A DNA stretch of 63,555 nt, filler included, from Intoshia linei (taxonomy: Eukaryota > Animalia > Orthonectida), in assembly GCA_001642005.1 (NCBI GenBank). It is 7 parts of 7 records of this genome, joined end to end, with 100 filler letters (N's around TTAATTAATTAA, not from the genome) between each part and the next. Parts side by side here need not be neighbours in the genome. Positions count along the whole stretch, not along the records: positions 39,134 to 49,981 come from LWCA01001225.1; positions 50,082 to 54,651 come from LWCA01001914.1; 5 more parts are not named here. One strand, written 5' to 3'. Of the stretch, positions 41,042 through 53,287 are shown one piece after another. Position 1 is the stretch's first letter; each line of letters begins with the position of its first letter. Made by a program: the position numbers and the translations under genes. Under the pieces are notes generated by a model that saw only the letters and a program-made list of their open reading frames with translations, searched no databases and was not told the DNA's origin.

Positions 41042-41488
41042 CTTATAACAAAAATTTTTCCCACCATGAAAACACCAATACCCAGCTCTCCATGACCATT
41101 CAGGTGAATTTGTACCATCGGGTTCAGCAATAACATCTTCAAATCGAACCTAAATTCGATTTAAATATAATCTACCTAAGATGCCACGTAGGCCATTCTG
41201 CCTTTAAAAATGAGCAATGGTGGTGATTTATACATTATAAGATTATTTAAAAGGTTTAATTTAATCGATAAACTGCCTTGATCCTATTTTAAAAAAATAT
41301 AATTATATCCCTTAAAATTATATTTTGAGGGTATTTGTTATTTAAAGAATAAATGGGTTAAAAATCCTTTAATGTCCTGCAAAATAAATTTTGATTTAAA
41401 AAAATAAATGATAACAAACCTGTAAATGATCATTAATCCCTTGAGGATCTCTAATAAGCATGTTCAAATCATCGACAGGTACACTCAT
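41042..41488 (-). CDS. CAV: Caveolin, first two coding exons (3' part not found in this segment)
   Basis: Exon 41488-41420 gives MSVPVDDLNMLIRDPQGINDHLQ and exon 41149-41042 gives VRFEDVIAEPDGTNSPEWSWRAGYWCFHGGKNFCYK. Includes the caveolin signature FEDVIAEP and the RDP motif. Missed by the ORF track. Confidence 0.92.
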
Positions 41489-41759
41489 CTTTCAAATTCT
41501 GGTTATTTCAATTTTAGTAACTAACAAATAAACCCAATATTTACGCAATAGATTCAGCCATACATAACGTTCCTAGGAATTTACATACATAACCTTAATT
41601 TATACATCGACATTTTGTGTTTAAAATGTTTCTTTATTAATTACAGTTAAATATTTACCTTTTGAACACTATAATCCGTAAAAATTAGAAAAATAAGTAA
41701 TAAAATAGCACGAAGTACCTAATTTACTAATAAAATGTAAAAATTTTATTTAACAAAAT

Positions 41760-43235
41760 TTATGTTGTTTTCTTTTTATTTTTTGATTTTACGTGCTGAA
41801 CCTTCTTTTCTAAATCGTGTATTAGTTTACATATAAAATTTGCTATCATAATTATTGTATTATTAAACTGAAATTTTTTGAATTTTTGAATAAAATCGAA
41901 TTAGACAAGAATAAAAAAATAATACCACTTTTGAGAGCATTGACAATTTTTAAAGCTTTCCTATTTGAAATGAAAAGGTAAGCAAGAAGCCAAACCTGAT
42001 GAATGATCATAATGGCAGAAAATATGCTAAAAAGGTTTGATAAATATAAACAAATACAATTACACGAAAGCCACATTATTTGAAATTAAATTGTATAACG
42101 AAGATTTAATTTGTCTAAATGGAAAGTTTATAATTAAAAAATAAAATGAATACGTCATGATAAACAAATGCATGTAAATCAACAAAATTCTCGCAATCAA
42201 AGTCATTAAATTATAAAAGAAAATGACGGTTTTATTGATATACAAATTGTAATATTCAGACATGTGGAGAATGCACGTAGTTAAATTCATGAGAAATTCA
42301 ACACTGTAATTAATCATCATTACAACAAACCCAAATCTATACAACCTAAATAAAAAATATAAAAATGGAATAAAAAAATGAATACTTGAAATATATAAAG
42401 GAAACCGGCAAAATAAGATGATAGGAATAGTAAATCCATCTATTACTAAGATCTGTAGAATTTACTTTTGTAAAGTATATATTGACAAAGCTTTGAATCC
42501 AATTTCCAACTTGGAGAACAAACCAAAATTTCACAAAGTATCTGCGTAATTTAATAAAAATTTGAAAAATAAATAAATTTTTAAATTACGAAATATAGTC
42601 AGAATTTCTCTCAATATCTATCAAATCGTGGGTGGAAACAATAAATGATTTGTCCTAAATTGAAAAATTTCAAAAATTAACATTTAATTTTCATTAATGA
42701 TTAAATGACTTACATTATATAGAATGAATATACCCATTGCAACGGATATAATATTTGAAAAGAGAACGCGAGAAGTTTCAATTAATTTGGTATTTGTAGT
42801 TTTTGAAGGTCTCATAGGTTTAATTAATTTCTATTATAATAATTGTATGATATAAAGAAAAATTTCATTTACCTCGCAAATGCTTTCACGTATAATGTCA
42901 TCAATAATAAAACAAACGACGGCATAGTATATAATTGTCAAAAAATCATAAACACCAAACGACAATTTTCTTTCCCAAACACTATTTGGATAAACATTAT
43001 TTTCGTATTCAAATTCATGTTGCATAAAGACGAATTTATTGGATATTAGCGAAGTTATCTAAATTATTTTAAACATTTTAATATTCATGATATGGAGGTA
43101 TTAAAATATTACTCTATTTACGCATCCAGCAGTAATTATGAGCAAAAAAATGGTGGCTGTATCTCCCTTGTTTTTCTTGTAATATTCTAAAGAAAACATG
43201 GAAAGAGTTTTTGGTTTTGGACGACGATATGCCAT
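41760..43235 (-). CDS. TRAM1: TRAM (translocating chain-associated membrane protein, TLC domain), multi-exon
   Basis: N-terminus MAYRRPKPKTLSMFSLEYYKKNKGDTA resembles the TRAM N-terminus. FGVYDFLTIIYY...IIRESI and KFWFVLQVGNWIQSFVNIYFTKV match conserved TRAM segments. The last exon ends KNKKKTT-stop, a KKxx ER-retrieval signal. Internal exon edges are approximate. Confidence 0.8.
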
Positions 43236-43613
43236 GTTTTTTAAATTTATTAGATAATGAAAACTAAATTATTGACTCAAATGAGACATTTGTTTAGCTT
43301 GGAGATAACAATTTGTTGACGTGGAGTTTTAATTGAAATTTATTATTGAAATTTTCAGTAACTATTAGTATTTATATTTTAAATTTCATTTTCAAAAAAA
43401 TAATAAAGTAATTATGCGAATATGTATAAGTAGTACTTATTAAGTACAAATGTATTAAATACACTGGTTTGTGTTTCGTTTCATATATGAATTTATTTTA
43501 TACATTCAAAATTTGATTTTCAAATACAAAGTACGATTGTTGCTTATAATGATCAATTTCGAAATTTCTGTATCTATAGAAAATTCAAAATTTAAATTAA
43601 ATGTAACATAATT
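43236..43613. promoter_or_regulatory. Probable bidirectional promoter between TRAM (-) and DAP3 (+)
   Basis: Divergent ATGs are only 378 nt apart. No specific motif identified. Confidence 0.5.
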
Positions 43614-46600
43614 ATGAGTAGCATGAATATTTATCGTAATTTTTTATTAAACGTTAGAAAAGATGCCAACTTTAAATATATCAAACAGTTTACCACCGCT
43701 TCCAATAATCCAGTAATATTCATTTATTTTTTTCATAAAAATTTAAATAAATTTGCATCTGGTTTCGCCCAAACACTCACCACACCCTCTTCAAGGGTCA
43801 ACGAAATTATTGTAAATCTTTTGTAAAGTGAGACATTTTTCTAAATTCCAAATTGATCATTAAAAAAGTATATTCTTGAATAGCATAACTATTTTGTGTT
43901 AAATTTACAATGTCAATTAACATTGTCAAGTTGAGATTCTTGAGATGTGGCTATGGTTATATGACACTACCAATTTTTTCCGAAATTTTTAGAGATCGAT
44001 TTTTCATTGTCGGTAGGTTCATGTCTGCTCGCGTAGCACATATTCTTAGTTTTTAAAACGTTTTTCTTTTTGATTTTCAATACAAGTACATATAATATAT
44101 GTATAAATTTATAATTTCGTAATTTACAACTTAGAACGATCATACCTACCAAGATGTCGGAAAATTTTACGAAATTGACAAAAATGACATGACACGATGG
44201 TTTCCACAAGGATTTTCTAAATATCAACACAATTTGGTAATTTGGTATAAAACGGGTCACGTTAATACGACCCGAGAGTGTACTTTAAATTAAAAACAAA
44301 TAAATCAAAGTTATTTAATTTATTGGAATTAGGAAAACTTTGATTAATTTAATGTTAATTTGTAATGTACTTGGTATAAACAGCGGCTAGCTCTGCCGAG
44401 GGTCACATTTTAAATTATTTTATAATTTAATGTAATAAGGTTGTCATTTATGATCATGCTCATGATTTAAATAATATCCAGAATATATCCTTACTTATAT
44501 AATATGCTACGCAATATTTGTTTGTGTGTATTCCACTTTATTTCAATAATTACTAGTCTTATAATTTTATAAAGTCCACATTTCAATTACAGTTTTTTCC
44601 GGAGGTGTTCGCAAAATAAATTTAAACTTCCCAAACTCACATCCTACGGGTTAAAAACTCCAATTGTCCTTTTTTTGAAAATCAAATGAGTTGGAGAATT
44701 TAAAAAAAAATATATACGCTGATACGGATTTTAAAATCATAAACATTATCATAAATTTAAATGCTGATGCGGATTTTAAAATCATAAACATTATCATAAA
44801 TTTAAATTTAAAAAAATACACTGATGCGGATTTTAAAATCATAAACATTATCATAAATTTAAATTTAAAAAAATTATATTTTCAAAACCAAACCCCAAAA
44901 TTACCCTTTCTTTTTTTTATCAAAATAGCTCTAGAATTTAAAAAAAATGTACAGGTGGTACAGTTGTATCCTGTTAACACACACAAAAAATTTTAATCTG
45001 AATAAGTTACGATTTCACGGTCAAAAAAACATTTTAGTATTCATATATTTTTTCTCCGAAATAATTTATTAAAATAGTGCGACCATATTTAATTCGTACT
45101 ATTTTTTGTTATTAGTAACTATAATAGTATCTCAAATGATGATAAATTTATAAATAACATTAGATGAAAATGTTTAAATGAAAATTATATCAATTTTTTG
45201 GCATTGTCGATTCAAAATATAAAAAATTTCATCTTTATATTAAACTTTATTTGATATAATCAGTGAAAGTTTCACTGAAGAATGATATTGGTATTTGTCA
45301 CGTTTTAATTAGTACGAAATGGAGTAAAAAATCATGTTATTTTCATTTCGTACTTTTTATATAAATTCGTACTTATGTGAAATAATTAACTGTCCGAAAA
45401 TTAAAAAAAAAATTAATCTGATAGAGCTTATTCCAGTTGATATAAATACAAAATTTGAATCCCAGAAATCTACGCATTCCCGGTGAAAATTAATTTTTAA
45501 TATATTATCAACCAATATTTTTCAAATATTTGGATTAAAATTAAAATAAAAATTGAAAATGTAAATATTGAACCTACAATTTCAAAAAAAATGTGCATTG
45601 AACGTCTACACATTTCCAATAAAGAAATATGGGTGAAAATCTACATAATTCATTCCTTCGGAATTTTTTTCATTGCTATATAATTTTTAAATTCTCATTT
45701 TCAAAACATTTTGTTTCAAATTTAAACTACAACAACGAAACTAAAAGTCATACAACTTTGTTAATGTGATTTTTATATTTATTACAATTCTTTGCAATAT
45801 TAGTAAAATTCGCCTGAAATATGTTTATAAAGTGAAAATTCGGTTAGTTATTGATACATAATTGGTATTTTTAAGTATTTAGAAAATTGATACTTAATAT
45901 ATATGTATATATCATCAGTGATGATGAGTGAGGAAAAATCTGACATAGAATTTGTTTGTGAATAATTGAAGAACTCTTATTTCTTCAATTAAACGATAAC
46001 AGACAGACTGACAAAAAAATAGTTTGATGTATACAGTTTTATATTAGTTAGGATTATTTACATTAATTTACAAAAAAAAATTTAAATTTTTTATGCTGAT
46101 TTACGCAATAGTAATGATGTTAAAACACCTCTAAGATTTAAGTTGTCTAATTTTATTATTTATATTAAAAAAAATGATAATTTGGGTTTTTGGAACTTAA
46201 TTTCTGAAAATGAAATTTGCGATGAAACATGACTCGAAAAACTACATTAGAAATTGTGGTTTTTTAATTAAACGGTAACACACATTCAATCCTTTACTTA
46301 CATAAAATTGAATGTCTGTGTGTGTTACCGTTTATTTAAAAAATTAACATTCGTAGAATTAAAAAACCCAATTTCTAATACATTTTTTCCTAGAGCGTGT
46401 TTATATATATTTTTCAATTTCTGAATTTGAGTCCTTCAAGGTCAAAAACCCAATTTTCCATTTTCTTAAAAAAAATTAGTCCAAAAATTTAATAAAACAT
46501 ACATTCTGCGACGCAATTTAAAAAAATTAACATTTTCGCAAATCTTAACCTCAGAAACGCCGGTATTTAGAATTTTATTTTTTCTGGAATTTAAAATTTA

Positions 46601-49129
46601 TGACAATTTTTACTATTTTACTGTTTTCACTTTATTTTTAAGATTATACACTCATTCTCTAATGAATTAAAAAAAAGAAATCTCAAAATTGTTTTTAAAA
46701 TTCTTTACACAAATGTTGACAACAAAAAAATTAAGTGAGATTAATTCACTTTGAATTAGATGATAATGTGAAATGACCGGTCCGCTATGATTATTATAAC
46801 ATTTTTAAGTTATATCTTGGGTTTTAAACTTTTTCTATTTGGCACCCTTAAAAATTTAAACTTAAATCCGGGGAAAAATTATTGTAACTACGGTAACAAA
46901 ATAGTTAGATGAATTTCATTGAAATATCTTTAAATTTGAATTAGTAAAAACTCTTAAACACGTGGTTTGTCCGATTTATTTATTTTAGATAATCCATAAC
47001 GAATATAATCATCAATCTATTTTTTTTACTCATTAAAATATTTAATATTTAAAAATGTTAATTAATAAACAGAATTTGGCATTAATTTAACTTTATTTTC
47101 GAAAAGAATTAACTTATCTTTATATTTAATGTCCGTTGACGTTGAAACCACTGATTCAATTTTCATCGATTTTCTTAGACAAGGTATCTATTCAAACTTA
47201 AATTATTACAATTAAAGATTTCTTCACGATTTTTTAACAAGTTATTTACCAAACCTACTTAAATTGAATGTTTGGTGGCTAAATATTTTTGAGACCGATC
47301 GAATCTGCGTCAAACAGTTTAATTTTATCATTTATCGACAAATCTTGTCTTTTTCTTTTCAAATTCAAATTTATATTGAACACAAACCACTGTAACTGTA
47401 AAATGATTTTTATTGAAAAATTTTCTGGTAACCCAAAAACTGGTTTGGCACTCAAAATTAAGAACGCATGAGTTAGATTTTCTTATTGAATTTATTTTTT
47501 TAATATAATTAAAAAAGTTCGCCCTCAGTAGAGTTAGGTGCTGTTTGTACGTAGTACATAACAGTCAACCTAGTTTTATATACATAAAGGATTCTCATGT
47601 GTTATACCTAATATTGAGAAAATTTGTAAGAATCGTCAGGTTCAGTGAAATGATTCATTCTTTTTTGAAATTTTTTAAACTCCCGATTTTTAGTAGCGTA
47701 AATAAAAATTAAAATAAAATTTGAATTAGTTTAATTACATGATATAGTGGAATGCGTTGGGAAAATCACATGTAATGATTCGCAAGTCAGCTGTTGAAAT
47801 GCTTACAAACATAAAGTCCAAGATTGATTTTGATCAGGCTCCAATAAAATATATTTTATGTAATTTTATTGATTTTGTGATGATTAAATTAATTTTATGC
47901 ATAGATGGCTCTTATGGTAATGGAAAAACTTCTACATTGTGTCATGTCATGCATTATTGTTATACTCAAAATTGGATGGTACTTCACGATATTTATGGTA
48001 TGTTTTAAAAATCAACTCGACGTATTCAGAGTCTGAATTTTAGAAAGTACCTTAAACTAATATAACTTATGAAAAACTTTGACTTTGAAAAATAAAAATA
48101 TTATAAACAAATTAGTTTAATTTCGAAATATAACCAGCAATTATAGTGAAATGATATGGTTTTATTTAAATTTTAATTAGGACATTCTTTGAACCGAAAA
48201 CGTAAATACCCCGATTTAATTATAAACGAAGATGGATCTTACAGTGTACCCAGTTTTGAATCGCAATGGCTAGCAACTTTTCACCTGGCTAATTATCATT
48301 TATTAGACAAGTTTGATGTAATGAATCGAAAAAGTATAAATATTGAATTTTAAATAGTTACGATTAAAAGAAGATGTTGTGTGGGGCACGAGAGATTCTT
48401 CTAAAGCTGGTAACACTTGGAAATCGACGATTGAAATGGTATGACATTAACGTTTTGATAATATTTAAATATTTAGATTGTTGGTAAACCAAAATTTGCA
48501 TCCCAGGGCATGAAACTGTTGTTTCGTGATATTAAAGAATGGGTTAACCAAAAAAAGTTTATTTATTCTTTTATTTTATAACTTTAATTAGATTCAAATT
48601 ATTGTTGGCAATAGACGGTGTAAATTCGTATGGACAGCCTACAAATATAAAAACTGGTCATCAGCGTAAAGACGATAGAAGCACGTTTAGCGATTCTTTA
48701 GAAATGGTTTATTTTCAATGTTTCGATTCCTTTTTGTCTACAGATTGGGTAATTAATTGATTAACGTTAATGTCAATTCAATTTATCTAGACAAACGGAA
48801 TAATATTGACTACTGTTGATTCAATCGCAGATTGTAGAAAATGTCGACATGACAGGTCCCTTACTACACCTGTAGAAATTTTGGATAAAAAGGTAAAAAA
48901 TATATTGAAATCATCATTTAGAATTTAGATGTTTTATAGATTTGAACCTCATATACCAATAAAAGTCGATGATTATTCACCCTATGAATTTCAAAATTGT
49001 TTACAATATTATCATGATGTAAAGTATTTACAAAATAATGAAGCTTTAACTGAGGAGGGAATGAATGAAATTAAATTTCTTTCTACCAATAATCCGAGAG
49101 ATATTTATAGAGTACTTTTCTCGTGGTGA
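43614..49129 (+). CDS. DAP3: DAP3 / mitochondrial ribosomal protein S29 (mS29)
   Basis: Exons 43614-43712, 44135-44236 (NDHTYQDVGKFYEI...WFPQGF), 47748-47859, 47905-47997 (P-loop YGSYGNGKT, LCHVMHYC...NW), then exons starting near 48181, 48358, 48477, 48592 (LLAIDGVN), 48791, and 48929-49129 (PHIPIKVDDYS...EEGMNEIKFLSTNNP). The N-terminus looks like a mitochondrial presequence. Confidence 0.9.
44716..44880 (+). repeat. Three-copy tandem repeat CTGATGCGGATTTTAAAATCATAAACATTATCATAAATTTAAAT
   Basis: Three near-identical units inside a Helitron. A single shorter version occurs at 56548. Confidence 0.85.
47100..47400 (-). mobile_element. pogo/Tigger transposase N-terminal (CENP-B HTH-like) remnant
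   Basis: Minus strand reads KRKRQDLSINDKIK ... NNLLKNREEIF with frameshifts. Confidence 0.4.
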
Positions 49130-51026
49130 GCCAACTTGCTTAAAGATATATTATTAAAATATACGGGATTATTGTTCAAATAAATGAATTTTTTTTAAAT
49201 TTGTAAGTTATATATTTACATTAAATTCTTATAATGTAAGTCGTATTGTATTTTTTTATCAGGCTCTACCCGATGCAGACTCAAATCGCTATTATCTTTT
49301 CTTATGTACATTAATTTAGCTAAAAATGTCTGTTTGTTCCAGTTTATTTAAAAATTAATAGGCGTAGAGTTTTAAAAATATCATTTCCTAATACTAATGT
49401 TTCGTCGATTAGATCTTATCGCCAATTTCATTATCAAAAACCCAATTATCCTTTTTTAAAAATGAAACAAGTACTACAATTTCAAAAAAAGTGTATCTTC
49501 ACGGTAAAAACCACACATTACGTTTTTTTGAAAAATGAAAATAGTCTTAGAATTAAAACAGCTGATACAGTTATATCCAATTAACACAAAAAAATTCAAT
49601 ATCAAAATTACGCCTTCACTATCAAAACAGCACTGTAGTAATCATTTTTTATTATTTAGTAACAATTTTATTAAAACAAAAAATTTGAACTAATTAATGA
49701 TCGGAAAATTTAAATAAAAGATTATTTTGATAAAACTTATTCCCGTTAATCTAGATACAAAATTTCAACATCAGAAATCTACGCATTCCCGGTGAAAAAT
49801 AACTTAATTTCAATCAAAAATAATGGTTTTAATTAGTGTGTCCATAAGTATTTATTTTAACAAGTACTTATTTTTGACATTTAAAAATAAGTACTCATAA
49901 ATACGAAATAATTTTAGTCAATATTTCACTTGTAATTTTTCACTTTCTTAATAAAGTGAAGTTTTAATAAATTTATATTTTNNNNNNNNNNNNNNNNNNN
50001 NNNNNNNNNNNNNNNNNNNNNNNNNTTAATTAATTAANNNNNNNNNNNNNNNNNNNNNNNNNNNNNNNNNNNNNNNNNNNNTGCACATGTAAATAATTGA
50101 ATATTTCAAAATCTAACTTTATTAACTTTTAAAAACTTCTAACATTTGAAAAAAATTTGAACTTTTCTATTATATTATTATTATTATATTAAAATTTATA
50201 TATTATAATACTTTTATCAGAAAATATCTATAGGTTTGGTCCCCCTGAAAAAAAACTAGTTTTTTAAGACGATGGACTGAGGGGTACGGAATTAGCGAGT
50301 TTTAGAAAGAATACCGTAAATTAATTCAATTATTCATTTTTCTGTAAAATTCTTTGAAGTAAATTCTAAACTTTTCAAGAGAAACTAAAATTGTTCTTCG
50401 GATAAAACTTTTTACAAGTGTGATGCGATATTTTTTACTACAAATGTATAGTATTAGCATGAAAAAAAATTGTAGTGACCACAGCATTAAGAATTCTCGA
50501 AAAAAAAAATTATATCAATGGAAACCTGTTATCCATGTTATAAAATTATTTGAGTAGTTTGCATCTTGTATAGGTAGGATTTAAAAAGCTAGCGCTAAAT
50601 TAATTATTTGCCCTGTACCGTGAATTTCAAAAAAAAATCTTTTTTCATGAATCGACGGTCGTCATAGTGGAAACATCTAACCACATTGTTACTAACCCAG
50701 TAAATATGTAATTATACTGGATAAAGTTTCATTTTGATTACTTTCAATCAACTAATTGAGTTATTTATAATGCTTTCATTATGAAATTATTAGAAGTAAG
50801 AAAAATGTGTAAACTTAAAGTGAATAAATATAAATCCAAACTTGCAAATTAAAAATGTAATACAAATTTTGTTTTGCATGAGTTTAATGTTAAATAATTT
50901 AAACTTTTGGATTAATCGTTGTAGACAAATGCATCTATAAAAAACATATCAAATTTCAACAATGAGTTGTTACACAGCACAAATCATAATGAAAACGAAA
51001 TTTCTTTTTCTGTTTATTTTTGTTAG

Positions 51027-51210
51027 TTTCATGAAAGAATTGAATATTCATTTAGATAAGGTAAATTTTTTGATTTGAAATAAAAATTGTTTCAATTTTT
51101 TTAAGGGTGATGATATATCAGAATTGCAACTTACTGGCTACGAAGGTTTGGGAGTAGAAGTTGAAGATTCAAATGGACAAGTTTTTCATTTTGACAAGAT
51201 GACTTTTTAA
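51027..51210 (+). CDS. Possible 3' exons of an unidentified gene
   Basis: Exons 51027-51060 and 51106-51210 join via a 45-nt GT-AG intron (FMKELNIHLDKGDDISELQLTGYEGLGVEVEDSNGQVFHFDKMTF-stop), followed by AATAAA. No family recognised. Confidence 0.3.
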
Positions 51211-51881
51211 TGAACTGAATATGCAGATTTGAATAGACAAAAAATAATAAACATTTATAGATATACTGCTGTAATTTAATAATCATTATTTATTAAAAAT
51301 GATTATTTATGTTTTTTTTTTGTATATCTTAGACTGGTTCACTAATTTTTATAGTATGACGACAAATAATAGTGAAAGGTAAAAAATCTACAATAAAATA
51401 AATTGTAATTTATATAATATATAATATAATATAATTCCCGTTTAATTTTATTATAATAATTAAATTAAATACTTACCTTACGCCAATTTTATAAATAAAC
51501 AATGAATAAATAAATATATGAAACTAAAAAAATATTACCTTTTATGAAAATAAGCATCTGCGCCATAATAAATACAAAATAATTGTAATTTGTAAATTGA
51601 ATTTATCTATATAATCATGAACACTAAATATTACCTGGTATCATGTTGGCGCAATTTAGTGAATCAGTGATTATATAAATAGTAAATCTTTAGGAATCAT
51701 TATTATACATCCATATTTTGGATAACATTGAGTAAAATAATTTTTGAAGATCATTTGTGCAAGTATTTAATCAATTTTCTTAAATTTAAATATTCACGAA
51801 ATTGAAAAAGCAACGAAATAATTAATTTCATTTTAAATTACAATATATTCAGATTTTACATTTATTTTACACAATAATGAA

Positions 51882-52366
51882 TTAACAATTTGTACTTTCA
51901 ATAATGTATTCTGGTTTGGTGGCTTGGCACAATGCAGCATAGTAAAAATTTGTAGGTGTTTTGTTTTTAATTATTTGATAAACTGCTACAATTAAAATAG
52001 GAATTAAGGTCAATGCTGTCATAATCCATCCAAACACATCTAACCATAATAGATACGAAGAATCTTTTGTATTCAAGCTGGTGTACTTTATACAATTGAA
52101 TACAAACACAAAAATAATTGTCAGAGTAGTGAGAAAAGACTAACAAGTTGCCCAAACAGGGTATAGAAAGTTTTTTGATCTAAACATAAAAACAATGTCA
52201 TTTTTAATATTTTTAAGTCCATAAAAATAATATATTAATACACATTCCAAAATTGCAACCGTTAAAACAACTTTCCAATCTTTATTGTTTTTCTGCATAC
52301 AAATCCATTCATCATTTTCCACTTGCATTAATTTTTCTTTTTTCGCAATCATATCTTTTGATAACT
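51882..52366 (-). pseudogene. SLC6 (sodium:neurotransmitter symporter) C-terminal fragment with an in-frame TAG
   Basis: VAILECVLIYYFYG...NDIVFMF...VWATC*SFLT...KYTSL...YLLWLDVFGWIMT matches SLC6 TM10-12. The TAG at 52140-52142 sits where the conserved CW tryptophan is expected. No SLC6 TM1-9 found upstream. Confidence 0.7.
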
Positions 52367-53287
52367 AAAAGTAAACATTTTAAAAATTAAAAGGTACAAA
52401 GAACCTTTTCATGAAGTTTTTATTAGATTGGATTCCTTTTCTTTTTTATATAAATCAAAATCATTTTGTCTCTTCTTTATAATGTGTGAATATTTTTCTA
52501 TATTTTTGTTTTCGAGTTCAATTCGTTCATCGTTCTGTTTTTTCCAAATCTCACGTTGTTTTTTAAAGTTAATTCCACTACCAACTCACAACTACAGCCA
52601 ATAAAAATAAGAGCGAAAGAATTTGATATCATCGATGTCCACACACAAATTAAAATCGCGTAGCTTATTATATAAGTTAAGATATTTTGTGTTTTATATT
52701 TAATATACAATTTAATTGATTTGTTCATATTTATTCATCATTGATCACATGACACATCACCACTTAAAACAATACAAACGTTTGAAGCGCTTTTTGGGTT
52801 TATTGTATTGCAAACATTAATCCAACAGTTTGTTTCGATTGAAAATCGTTCAACTGTAGAAATGAGACCCGTCCGTCATAACCAGCTATGACATAATTTG
52901 AATTCTATATTTGATTAAGTTCAATTAAAATGAGTTACTTACTTTAAAGACGGTTGCTGCAAAATTACAGCATCGTTCGTTTAAAAACGCCGAATAAATC
53001 CATTTTTTTAATTTTTTGCAAAAGTTATCTACACATTTATTTCTATAATTTTCTCCAAATCCATTGTTATTTGTACCGCCTATAGCGCACAGTCTTTCTA
53101 AAAATTGTTTACAAGTTTATAATAAAAAGTTTCTACCATTATATAGACACAGGAAAAATCCATTTCGTTTATCATTCATTTTGGAAAAATTTAGCCATTT
53201 ATCCTACTTTGGATTGTAAAATTCAACTAGATTCAGAATGGATGTACCATCAAAGCCGCCACACAAGTAAATTTTGTTCGTATAGAC

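Larger units (their letters stand above)
44488..47573 (+). mobile_element. Helitron cluster / nested insertion in DAP3 intron 2
   Basis: 5' TC ends at 44488 and 46290, and a 3' hairpin plus CTAG|T at 47541-47574. Contains an internal tandem repeat (44716-44880) and blocks shared with 40395-40972, 49300-49810, 59070-59768 and 60810-61210. Confidence 0.7.

Noticed and set aside
44651-44996. Repetitive ORFs (DADFKIINIIINL three times)
   Set aside because: Translation of a tandem repeat within a Helitron.
45918-45944. C/D-box-like GTGATGA...CTGA
   Set aside because: Far too short for a snoRNA, no terminal stem, and inside repeat-derived sequence.
44482-47640. Helitron apparently splitting a DAP3 coding exon (removing it gives an open NIFYIHKGFSCV frame after a CAG)
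   Set aside because: A much better exon 2 exists at 44135-44236 (DHTYQDVGKFYEI...FPQG) and splices in phase to 47748, so the Helitron is intronic.
52140-52142. Stop-codon reassignment (TAG read as Trp)
   Set aside because: Intact genes here have no in-frame stops and end in TAG, TAA or TGA. A single TGG-to-TAG mutation is simpler.
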